From Oligoflexia bacterium (lineage in GTDB: Bacteria > Bdellovibrionota > UBA1018): DNA of 64,000 nt. The first letter of the stretch is position 1; each line of letters begins with the position of its first letter. Below, piece by piece: positions 19,906 to 28,977 of this stretch. The notes beneath the pieces are model-generated. The model saw only the letters and a list, made by a program, of their open reading frames with translations, searched no databases and was not told the origin of the DNA. Where the stretch lies: assembly GCA_963758495.1 (NCBI GenBank), contig CAVWVI010000003.1:1376001-1440000 (forward strand). Reading direction: 5' to 3'. The position numbers and the translations under genes are program-made.

Positions 19906-20292
19906 ATGAAATTCCCTGAAAATTTAAAATACACTAAAGACCATGAATGGGCGCGGCTTGATGGGAAAACGATCACCATTGGGATTACCGACCACGCACA
20001 AAAGGCACTCGGCGACGTAGTCTATGTTGAGCTTCCTACCGTTGGCCGTGTTTTGAAAAAAGCTGAAACATTTGGTGTGGTCGAAAGCATTAAAGCCGTC
20101 TCTGATCTTTATGCCCCCGTGGCAGGCAAAGTAACCGAAGTGAATACCCAACTCACAGACAACCCAGCACAGATTAACCAAGATCCTCAAGGTGCGGCTT
20201 GGATGATTAAGATGGAATTAACAGATCCAGAATCTACAAAAGAACTGATAGACGCAGTGAGCTATGCAAAATACGTAGAAACCTTAAAATAA
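19906..20292 (+). CDS. gcvH: glycine cleavage H protein
   Basis: HEW, GITDHAQ, VESIKAVSD lipoyl motif. Confidence 0.97.
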   Translation: MKFPENLKYTKDHEWARLDGKTITIGITDHAQKALGDVVYVELPTVGRVLKKAETFGVVESIKAVSDLYAPVAGKVTEVNTQLTDNPAQINQDPQGAAWMIKMELTDPESTKELIDAVSYAKYVETLK

Positions 20293-20369
20293 GGTCGCCA
20301 CGGCGAACGCCGTTCAACTTGAGTTAAAGTTGACATTTTCATGCGTTAAGAGGAAAAATTCTCAAACTT

Positions 20370-20948
20370 ATGAAAAAATCAACACTCGTACTTTTAGGTC
20401 TCATTACTCTTATTCTAATTTCGCTTAGCTGGGGGGTTTCAACCTCTAATCGACTCGTCACTCTAGATGAAGGCGTTAAAGAAAAGTGGTCGCAGGTTGA
20501 AAATGTTTATCAACGCCGTCTGGATTTAATTCCAAATCTGGTAAATACCGTCAAAGGTTATGCCAAACACGAGGCTCAGGTTTTTGAAGAAGTCACTCGG
20601 GCGAGATCCCAAGCGGGACAAGTTCGGGTCAATAACGTGGATGATTTGAAGAAATTTGATCAAGCACAGGCACAACTCAGTGGAGCTCTTTCTCGTCTCC
20701 TTGTCGTAGCGGAAAATTATCCACAACTTAAAGCAGACCAAAATTTTCTAGAACTTCAATCCCAACTTGAAGGCACTGAGAATCGCATCACCGTAGAACG
20801 AATGCGCTTCAACGAGTCCGCACGTGAATACAATACTTACCTTCGCCGTTTCCCTGAGTCCATAGTTGCAAACTTTAGAGGATTTCACGAACGACCCTAT
20901 TTTCAAGCAGACGTAACTGCGAAAACTGCACCCAAGGTTGAATTTTGA
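20370..20948 (+). CDS. lemA: LemA family protein
   Basis: YQRRLDLIPNLV, ENYPQLKA, LEGTENRI. Confidence 0.95.
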   Translation: MKKSTLVLLGLITLILISLSWGVSTSNRLVTLDEGVKEKWSQVENVYQRRLDLIPNLVNTVKGYAKHEAQVFEEVTRARSQAGQVRVNNVDDLKKFDQAQAQLSGALSRLLVVAENYPQLKADQNFLELQSQLEGTENRITVERMRFNESAREYNTYLRRFPESIVANFRGFHERPYFQADVTAKTAPKVEF

Positions 20949-21802
20949 TGCAAGCACTGAGAGTATGGCTGATTGTATTGGCTCTAGCGTCTACTTCTAT
21001 TGTTTATGCTGAACCACCTCCCCTGCCAGCGCCTCCCACCTCTTATGTTTTAGATGAACCGGGTGTCCTCGATGCAAAAACGCTCGGTTCTCTCCAAGCC
21101 CTTCTCAGCAGGCAAGATAGCGTCACTGGCGAGCAGGTGGTTTTTGCTATTTTTAAAACACTTTCTCATCAAGATTTGGTGACTTGGACCAACCAAGTTT
21201 TTCAACACTGGAAGATAGGTCAAAAAGGAAAAGACAACGGGGTACTTCTCGCATTGTATTGGCAAGATCACAAAGCGAGAATTGAAGTTGGGTATGGACT
21301 TGAATCCCGTTTAACAGACGCAAAATCGAAGTGGATCATCAACGAATATCTTATCCCTGAATTAAAAAGCAACCATCCCAATGCTGCACTCACTCTCACG
21401 GCAATTCAAATTCTTAAAACTCTCAACAGTCCCTTAATTCAAAACGGAGAAGCTGAGAAAATTTTGCAACAGGGTGGAAATCCTGTTCATCTTACAAACA
21501 CGCCATTGACATCTGCTCATCCCCTCGTTTGGTGGCTCTTAGGGTTTATCCTTTTCTTTCTCTTCTTTAGAATATTCTTCGTTGGCGATTCTCACTTCAC
21601 TCGTGGAAATGAAGAGGGGAGCCACAACTCCTGGACTGGAAAAAACCGTCGCTTTCGAAATAGAAGTAGATGGTGGTGGGGCGGCGGGGGTGGGGGCTTC
21701 GGCGGTGGGGGCTGGGGCGGCGGAGATGGTAATGGGGGTGGGGGTGGCTTTAGTGGAGGCGGCGGCTCTTCTGGTGGTGGCGGTGCCAGTGGCGATTGGT
21801 AG
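20945..21802 (+). CDS. TPM-domain (YgcG-like) protein with Gly-rich tail
   Basis: WKIGQKGKDNGVLL, RIEVGYGLE, C-terminal GGGGSSGGGGASGDW; usual partner of LemA. Confidence 0.93.
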   Translation: MMQALRVWLIVLALASTSIVYAEPPPLPAPPTSYVLDEPGVLDAKTLGSLQALLSRQDSVTGEQVVFAIFKTLSHQDLVTWTNQVFQHWKIGQKGKDNGVLLALYWQDHKARIEVGYGLESRLTDAKSKWIINEYLIPELKSNHPNAALTLTAIQILKTLNSPLIQNGEAEKILQQGGNPVHLTNTPLTSAHPLVWWLLGFILFFLFFRIFFVGDSHFTRGNEEGSHNSWTGKNRRFRNRSRWWWGGGGGGFGGGGWGGGDGNGGGGGFSGGGGSSGGGGASGDW

Positions 21803-21820
21803 AACTGATTTAGCCAAAGG

Positions 21821-23293
21821 TTATTTGGTCAAAGGGAGTTGAATTACAAATCGGGTATTCGGGCTATCTACATCCTCAAACAAAGATCCTCCATGCGAAT
21901 CAATAATTCCCTTGGCGATACTGAGGCCCAAACCGATTCCGCTTCCAATTTCTTTAGTAGTGAAAAATGGATTGAATATGCTATCTCGAAAAACTTCAGG
22001 AATACCATTTCCAGAATCAGTCACAGAGATTTCAACATGTTCATTCCGGTTATAAACATCGATTCTGACCCACTTTTCATTTGACTTGGGTGACTCGGGT
22101 GACTCGCGTGACTGAAGCGATTCAGGCAACTCAGAAACAGCATCAAAAGAGTTATTGAGCAAATTCAGGATTGCTTGCTCAATCTCGACAAATCGGCATT
22201 TCAGCTCAACTGAATCCACTTGAGAACAGATTAACTTCACATTGCCTTTTTGATACCGCCGCTCACACAGAGCTATTGTATCTTTTATAATTTGTTTAAT
22301 ATTGACCTTGATGGGAGGGGTCTTTACAGTGTTCGGAGAAGAAAAAGTAAGTATCCCACTAATGATAGTGGCCATTCTATTGGCTGTCTGAGTAAGACTT
22401 TCTGTCATTTCCTTAACGATAGAAGATTCGACTACTTCTCCCTTCTCAGCCATGATTTGTAACTCTTCCAAGGTTAAAGCGATCACTGTCAACGGAGTAT
22501 TGATCTCATGTGCAATTCCGGCACACACCTTCCCTAATGCCGCCATTTTCTCAGCACGAACCAACTTTTCTTGCTGCTTCTTGAACTGTTGGGTGCGCTC
22601 TTCAACAATAGCCTCAAGCTGATCAAAAAGACCTTTCAAAGAAACCCTCGTTGTTTCAAGCGCCTGCCCCAACTCAGCGATTTCATCACTACCCGACCAA
22701 ATAAAGCTTTGATTCAAAACTCTATCGGCTAGTAATCGAGCATGAAAATGAATGCGCTTTAATCGTGATATAATTCGTATATTTATCAATAATGCTAGAA
22801 TTATAAAACAAATTGTAAGTTGAATTCCAAACTGAAAAAGATGAATAAAAGACGACCAATATATTTTAGACCGATATTTTGCCGAAGAAAATTCAACATG
22901 AACTTTTCCGATATTCATTCCATCATGCATAATCGGCAGCTCTTTGACTAAACTTTCACCACTTCTACGACTCTCACGCACTGTATCCAAGAACGACCTG
23001 TTCTGACTATCAGTGACAGAAACTCTCACGACTCTATCATCTGTCATAATTGCTTCTGATAGCTTCTTAAGCGAGGCTTTATCAAAATTCCACAATGGAA
23101 ATGAGGAAGATATACTTAAAATCTCGGTAATTCTATTATGATCCTGATTGGATTCGTTCTGGAGGCTTTTGCGTGTATAGATGCTTGAAAATATGAAAAC
23201 CAATGCAGTCGGAATAACTAATCCAATAAAAATACCACCCAAAACCACCGATTTGATTCTTAAATTTTTCCATATTAAACTTGGATTAGTCAT
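21821..23293 (-). CDS. membrane sensor histidine kinase (two TM, HAMP, HisKA, HATPase)
   Basis: AHEINTPL, NLLNNSFDA, DSGNGI, PFFTTK, GLGLSI. Confidence 0.93.
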   Translation of the reverse strand: MTNPSLIWKNLRIKSVVLGGIFIGLVIPTALVFIFSSIYTRKSLQNESNQDHNRITEILSISSSFPLWNFDKASLKKLSEAIMTDDRVVRVSVTDSQNRSFLDTVRESRRSGESLVKELPIMHDGMNIGKVHVEFSSAKYRSKIYWSSFIHLFQFGIQLTICFIILALLINIRIISRLKRIHFHARLLADRVLNQSFIWSGSDEIAELGQALETTRVSLKGLFDQLEAIVEERTQQFKKQQEKLVRAEKMAALGKVCAGIAHEINTPLTVIALTLEELQIMAEKGEVVESSIVKEMTESLTQTANRMATIISGILTFSSPNTVKTPPIKVNIKQIIKDTIALCERRYQKGNVKLICSQVDSVELKCRFVEIEQAILNLLNNSFDAVSELPESLQSRESPESPKSNEKWVRIDVYNRNEHVEISVTDSGNGIPEVFRDSIFNPFFTTKEIGSGIGLGLSIAKGIIDSHGGSLFEDVDSPNTRFVIQLPLTK

Positions 23294-23308
23294 TTAAAAA
23301 ATACTCAT

Positions 23309-24400
23309 ATGATTAAGAATAATTATACTTTATTTATACAAGTGTATATTAATTTGGTTCGACAAACTTCAAAATATTTTCAATTGAAAGTATTCGTTTA
23401 CCTTATTTTGAGCGCAAGCCCATGTTTTGCCCAAGACTTAACGTGGCTCGGGCCTAGCGATGGACCAAGAGCAGAAACCAAAAAAAGAATTACTTTTATT
23501 GGGTCTGACTTAAAAAATGGAGGAATCGCGGCAGTTTATCGCTCCTTTGAAACTGCCGCCAATAAAGTCGATTGGAGCGTGGCTACCTTTGATGGAGAAG
23601 GAAACTTAGAAACTCTTAAAAAACAAATGATTGTTGCGATAAAATCACACCCTGATGGAATGGTCGTTGCCGGACTCCCTGAGGAATGCATGACAGATTT
23701 GTCGACATGGATCAGACATTCGCAAATTGCTCTGGTGGGCTGGCATTCGGCGGCAAAAGCTGGACTCTACCACAAGCTCTATGTAAATGTATCCACCGAC
23801 CCCATCGAAGTAGCCAAAATCGCCACCGACTACGTCATCCAACATACGAATGGGCCAGTAGGTGTCGTCATTTTCAATGATAGTAGCTTCGCAGTGGCGA
23901 ACGCCAAGACAAAATGGATGATCGAGGCACTTGCAAAATGTAACCGTTGCAAAATTTTAGCAGTAGAGGACCTTTCAATTTCTAGTGTGGAAAAAGATAT
24001 TCCTGAAGCCGTGATTCGTCTAAACAAAAAATTTGGTCATACTTGGACTCACAATTTAGCAATTAATGATGCTTATTTTGACAGCATGAATTTTTCTCTC
24101 TCCAACATTGGAAGAACTGATATCGAAAATATCTCTGCTGGAGACGGCTCAAACAAAGCATTGAGTCGTATCAAATCCGGCTCGTCCCAACAAGTTGCAA
24201 CAGTAGCGGAACCTTTGAAAATCCAAGGATGGCAACTCGTAGATGAGCTCAATCGTCTTTTTTCAGGAGCACAGCCCAGCGGGTTTGTTACGAAGCCCCT
24301 GCTGATTACTTCCCCAATATTGGAGCAAATGGGAGACAAAGACATTGATTTGATACTCGGGGATTATAAAAAGGCATATTTATCGATATGGAAGAAATAG
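23309..24400 (+). CDS. periplasmic sugar-binding-like protein (RbsB-type fold)
   Basis: Signal-like N-terminus, DGEG, LAINDAYF, SAGDGS, TVAEPL...GWQLVDELNR. True start may be downstream. Confidence 0.8.
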   Translation: MIKNNYTLFIQVYINLVRQTSKYFQLKVFVYLILSASPCFAQDLTWLGPSDGPRAETKKRITFIGSDLKNGGIAAVYRSFETAANKVDWSVATFDGEGNLETLKKQMIVAIKSHPDGMVVAGLPEECMTDLSTWIRHSQIALVGWHSAAKAGLYHKLYVNVSTDPIEVAKIATDYVIQHTNGPVGVVIFNDSSFAVANAKTKWMIEALAKCNRCKILAVEDLSISSVEKDIPEAVIRLNKKFGHTWTHNLAINDAYFDSMNFSLSNIGRTDIENISAGDGSNKALSRIKSGSSQQVATVAEPLKIQGWQLVDELNRLFSGAQPSGFVTKPLLITSPILEQMGDKDIDLILGDYKKAYLSIWKK

Positions 24401-24471
24401 CTTTATGCGAGGAGCGATTACAGAAAGAGTAATGAATAGGGGCAGACTATGCTAACCTTAAGTGATAGAAG

Positions 24472-24771
24472 TCAGGCATGAGACTTGGGTGCAAGATCTC
24501 GGTGCTTGTGTGATATCAATACTGTTCTACCTTCTATGCTCGAATCTGGCATGAGAGCTATCTGGAATCCGTCAACTGATTGGATCTCTTGGAGCCCGTC
24601 CACATGCATTTTTTTTAGTTTAAATGGATCTTTAGTCTTTACTTTAGCTCGAGCCTCTTCAAAATTTTCAGCCGCAACAAAAAAATTTACGTGAGATTCG
24701 TAAATGCCATCACCGATTTCAGAATCATAATAACCACAATGCACAAGAAATAATTTCATTAAAATACCCAT
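24472..24771 (-). CDS. DUF1543-like small protein
   Basis: KLFLVHCGYY...ESH...FVAAE...HVDGLQEI..VDG pattern. Confidence 0.65.
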   Translation of the reverse strand: MGILMKLFLVHCGYYDSEIGDGIYESHVNFFVAAENFEEARAKVKTKDPFKLKKMHVDGLQEIQSVDGFQIALMPDSSIEGRTVLISHKHRDLAPKSHA

Positions 24772-24780
24772 TTTTAAATA

Positions 24781-26218
24781 CTAGCGTTCAAGATCATACG
24801 TTTTGCGAATCTTACTACCTTTTCCAATTTCAGGCAATCTGGCGTGTAGTTTGAAGACGGATTTCTCAACTGCCACCTTGCACGGATTATTTTGCTGAGA
24901 ATCAAAGTAATTTTTGAGTGCTACCTGCATCTGAAGTGAATAATCTAGAGCTACATCTCCCGCGCTAGGAGCCTGGTATTCACAATTTTTTGGGTCAATA
25001 CTACCAAATGGGGTAATCCCTTGTAAATTCCGAAACCAATTCATCTTTTGTTTATCTGAACACTGAATACTACCACCCGACCCTATCATTGGAGCAACAA
25101 TGGGATATTGTGCAGTTGAATGACAGCTTAAACAAGATGATGCTGGATTATCTACTGGGCCATTTAATCTTTTGCCCCAACCAAGATGCACTAACGCATA
25201 CGTTGGCGCCAGAGGACTAATATAGCTTTCAACAGGACGTGCTCCCGTAGTAAATTTTTCAAGCGTAAGTGTTGGATCGTTGCCCCACATCAAACCAACA
25301 AGTTTCATTTTATACCAGGGGATTATCTGACTGCTTTTTGAAATCATAAGCAAATGTTCCAAATACCCAACCTGTTTCTTCTGCTCTTTTGCTACGGATA
25401 GCAAAATCGATTTGTAGTACTCGAAGCTGCTGAATAGATTTCAGTCCATTGCTTCTATTAACTACAAAGCCGGATACCCTAGGAGAATCTGCTAAAATAT
25501 CAGGCCCATCAAACTCCTCTGATCTAGCGTCAGTGAGTAATAGTTTAACAACTGCAGAACCCTCAGGTAATTGACTCTTAGAAAGATCAGGTAAATCACC
25601 CCTCCAAATTTGCCCAATTGAATAGGCCGCTGTAGCATTATAATAGCCTACCGCGTAGTTATTTACAGAAGCACCCTTTCTAAGGCCTAACTCAGGCCCA
25701 ATAATGGGTCGTTCATCTGTCAGACCATGAACAAACTCTCGAGGGTGCTTTCCTGTTGTCATCCACGGAATATGGAACCATTTATGTTTAGAGTTAGCTT
25801 CCGCATACCAATCTGATTTAATCATGCCGTCGTATACGTACTTTAAAAATGAATCAGCATAGCGCTCCGCTTCATTATTTTTTTTGAAGTCAAACTCATC
25901 CCAAGGATACTTTTCATGAACTGCAGATGACGGATAATTCTGAGATAAAATAAACCGCGATCCAGAATAATTTTCTTGCACCTCAGATACAAAGTCAGGA
26001 TAGCGACCCGAACATTGAGCGACAAATTTGCCAGTCGAATTCGGCTTTCCATATGCATCCACTCGAAGGCAAATGGCGTCTTTTGAACATCGAAGGGAAG
26101 CAGGTTCAGGCAATGGAGATGACGTTCCAGTAGCGCTACAAGTTCGAGTAACGATGACATTTAAAATTAGACAGTTAAAAAGCAGAAGAAATAAAAAATA
26201 TTTATATATTATCTTCAC
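24781..26218 (-). pseudogene. secreted protein with CxxCH motif, split by a +1 frameshift at G4 run 25318-25321
   Basis: Removing one base joins ...GWVFGTFAYDFKKQSDNP to WYKMKLVGLMWGNDP...NPASSCLSCHSTAQ. Confidence 0.8.
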
Positions 26219-26343
26219 CGTAGTTCAATCCTACAGTGATTCATTTACTATAAAAATTAAAATTATAAAAATAATAGAAAATCATATGTCGGATACTACT
26301 TAAATTCAGTCTGATTAGTGCCTACAAAGATTTTTAAATGTAA

Positions 26344-26414
26344 ACTGTTCTAACTTCTATTCCTCGAATCTGGCATGAGAGATATCTAGAATGCGTCATC
26401 CGCTTGGATCCCTT
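26344..26414 (+). repeat. degenerate ~70-bp direct copy of 24521-24590 (fragment of the DUF1543-like gene)
   Basis: actgttcta-cttctat..ctcgaatctggcatgagag.tatct.gaat.cgtca...ttggatc.ctt is shared. Confidence 0.85.
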
Positions 26415-26624
26415 CCAGGCGGCACAATGGGTGAATGGTGACTTTGACGCAATAAAATCACATTAAAAATTTAAATCTTTCTAATAACAAATATTAATAC
26501 CTAAAGGGTCATCAAGCTGCTTATTTAATATAACTAACTGAAAGTACAGTGTTTTATTTTTTTTACTTGAGCATGGATATTGCTTTATAGCACCCTATAA
26601 ACGGACACAGGAGCCCAACCAATT

Positions 26625-27281
26625 ATGATAAATGCCACTCAAACAGTTTCATTCAAAAAAATATTTTCTCAATCAATCTGTCTACCGAGAATTCAAACTG
26701 ATCACCTCGATTTAGAGGAACTAACGGACGAAGAAGCTAGCTGTTTCTTTAGACGTGAGAATATAAATACGCTTACTAAATCAGTGATGTGGGAAACTCA
26801 CGTAAATACCCAAGAATCATTGAATTATATTCAAGAGCTTCGAAAAGTGGATCCACTCGAAAAGGATCAACTTTTTCTTTGCTGGGGAGTAAAAGAGAAG
26901 GGAAGTTCTTCTCTGATTGGATCTGTAAATTTAACTCAAATTGGGCCTATTTGTGCTCAAATTGGCTTTGTTTTTCATCATGACTGGTGGACCCGAAGCC
27001 TGCCAGTTGAAGCATTGCGAGCAATCCTTAATTGGAGCTTTTCAGAGTATCCTTCATTTGAACGAGTTCAAGCAACATGTTTGCCTAGTAGCGTCGATTC
27101 AACATCCCTACTCGAACGAACGGGCATGACCTGTGAAGGGACAAATCGAGCCATGATGAAGATTCAAGACAAAATCGTTGACTTCAACTGTTACGCTATG
27201 ACTCGGAAACAATGGCAAAATATGACTTCCTCTTCAGGAGCATGGACTCTATTTCAACACCAAATGGAAGGGCATATTTAG
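26625..27281 (+). CDS. RimJ/RimL-type GNAT N-acetyltransferase
   Basis: IQTDHLDLEEL, LIGSVNL, AQIGF, RVQA, STSLLERTGMTCEG. Confidence 0.85.
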   Translation: MINATQTVSFKKIFSQSICLPRIQTDHLDLEELTDEEASCFFRRENINTLTKSVMWETHVNTQESLNYIQELRKVDPLEKDQLFLCWGVKEKGSSSLIGSVNLTQIGPICAQIGFVFHHDWWTRSLPVEALRAILNWSFSEYPSFERVQATCLPSSVDSTSLLERTGMTCEGTNRAMMKIQDKIVDFNCYAMTRKQWQNMTSSSGAWTLFQHQMEGHI

Positions 27282-27415
27282 AAAACCCGCACACTCATTG
27301 AGCTGCCGAATGAATGAAGCTCGCAGGCTACCTTATAGGAAGGTAGCTTCGTTATGTCAGAATTTTTGAAGGCAACAACCCCCACCACCTTACTTAATAA
27401 GAGAATCCGTTTTTT

Positions 27416-27644
27416 AACTTGAGGTCACAGTCCGTGATCTCAAGTTTTCTTTTGGTTTCAATAAGTTATTATACTTTCCCAATCTTGAGGTCACAGATTG
27501 TGACCTCAAGATTACCCTTAACTTTAATTACTTAGTACGCTTCTCAAACTTGAGATCACAATCTGTGATCTCAAGTTTGCCTTTAATTTTAATTAGTTAG
27601 TTCGTTTTTTCAAACTTGAGATCACAGATTGTGATCTCAAGTTT
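27416..27644. repeat. array of four ~31-bp palindromes (CTTGAGRTCACA-N3-YGTGAYCTCAAG) separated by 34-35-bp AT-rich spacers
   Basis: Units start at 27416, 27482, 27547 and 27613 (period 66/65/66). Central triplets are GTC, GAT, ATC, GAT. Confidence 0.95.
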
Positions 27645-27652
27645 TGCCAAAC

Positions 27653-28585
27653 CTAAAGTGCGAAGAGTAACTTCTGGATTATTTCCACAGTTTCGCAGAC
27701 TGAATTATCCCTCTCAATCGCAGTAGCAATCTTATTATAGGCGTGCATGACAGTGCTATGATCCTTCCCTCCAAAGGACTTTCCAATTTCCTTAAAGCCA
27801 ATACCAGTGTGTTTTCGAACAAGATAGATAGCAATCTGTCGCGGAAGTACAACCTCTCGCACGCGAGAGGGCGCTTTTAAGTCTTGGACTCGCAATCCAA
27901 AATATTTGGCTACAGTCTGATGAATTGAATTGATTTTAGAGTGAACTTTTTTCCCATGAATAAGGTCACCCATTTCTTTTGCTTTAAGTTTATCATTTGA
28001 ACCAAATGCATCTTGTTCTTGAGGATGACTAAACCTGTCATCAACATCAACAGTCGTTGGTTTGTGCAGAACCGATAATGCAGGTGCATTATTAGACGAT
28101 TTCTCCATTAAGAGTTGTTGGATTCCACTCAGTATCATTTTGAATTGACCATCCTGCTTTTGCTCAAGTTGCTCCAATCTGGTCTCAATTTCATCTAATT
28201 TCTCTCTTGATTCGATACCTATACCAGACAGTTGTCGAACTTCTGCAAAAGAGCGCATGATCGCAATATTCACCTGAACTGCTCGACCATTATCAAGAAC
28301 GCTCGAAAGCATTGCAACTCCATGCTCAGTGAATGCATAAGGAACAAAGCGGCGTCCTCCATGCTTTAAACTAGATGACACAATATGTATTTCTAGATCT
28401 TTGCTTTCCTCTAGGGTCAACTTAAACATGAAATCAGGAGGAAATCGGTCGCGGTTTCGTTGAACTGCTTGGTTCAGTACCCTAGTCTGAGTTTGGTAAA
28501 ACTCAGCTAGATCATTATCTAAAACCACTTTATGTCCTCGAACCGCATAAATTCGCCGTTTAATTTCACTAACGGATAACTCCAT
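27653..28585 (-). CDS. ORF6N-domain protein fused to DnaA domain IV (DnaA-box-binding HTH)
   Basis: N-term IYAVRGHKVVLDNDLAEFY...LNQAVQRNRDRFPPDFMFKLT...PYAFTEHGVAMLSSVL. C-term PRQIAIYLVRKHT...EIGKSFGGKDHSTVMHA. ATG at 28585 has a GAGGG RBS (ORF track starts at 28606). Confidence 0.9.
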   Translation of the reverse strand: MELSVSEIKRRIYAVRGHKVVLDNDLAEFYQTQTRVLNQAVQRNRDRFPPDFMFKLTLEESKDLEIHIVSSSLKHGGRRFVPYAFTEHGVAMLSSVLDNGRAVQVNIAIMRSFAEVRQLSGIGIESREKLDEIETRLEQLEQKQDGQFKMILSGIQQLLMEKSSNNAPALSVLHKPTTVDVDDRFSHPQEQDAFGSNDKLKAKEMGDLIHGKKVHSKINSIHQTVAKYFGLRVQDLKAPSRVREVVLPRQIAIYLVRKHTGIGFKEIGKSFGGKDHSTVMHAYNKIATAIERDNSVCETVEIIQKLLFAL

Positions 28586-28705
28586 TTTTAATCCCTCAAA
28601 GCGCAATGAAATGCCACATCGACTTGCAGTAGTCTAGTTATTTCAAACCACATTTATTTTGCCATCAAAATCACTTAAGAGAATACTTGTAGTTCCAGAT
28701 AGTCC

Positions 28706-28811
28706 ATTTTTGCGGTCACATTTTGTGACCACAAAAATACAATAATCCATTTATCAGCCTAAAATTAATGAAAATATCAACATTTTGTGGTCACAAAATG
28801 CGACCGCAAAA
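28706..28811. repeat. inverted pair of palindromes related to the downstream array
   Basis: ATTTTTGCGGTCACA-TTT-TGTGACCACAAAAAT (28706-28738) and TTTTGTGGTCACA-AAA-TGCGACCGCAAAA (28783-28811). The second is the reverse complement of the first with 1 mismatch. Confidence 0.9.
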
Positions 28812-28977
28812 ACTAAGTGAAAAAATTCTTAACTTAAATTAACTCAAAATTACTCGACATAGACTAGCACTTGATAGAATGCTTCAAATCGGTGTAGTGC
28901 TTATAATTTAAATACAACCGTATCGTCGAATCACTCAAATAAAATGATTAAATTTTTGAGAATAGAAGGCAGATAAA

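Noticed and set aside
21670..21800. Very G-rich tract
   Set aside because: It encodes the normal Gly-rich tail of TPM-domain proteins.
27416..27644. Calling the palindrome array a canonical CRISPR array
   Set aside because: No cas genes in the window, spacers resemble each other, and the repeats are fully palindromic, vary between units and match the neighbouring gene. Reported as a repeat instead.
27653..28585. Calling the ORF6N fusion gene dnaA
   Set aside because: Only domain IV is present; there is no AAA+ domain or Walker motifs.
28603..28618. Sigma-54-like TGGCAT...TTGC upstream of the ORF6N gene
   Set aside because: GG-to-GC spacing is 9 rather than the required 10.
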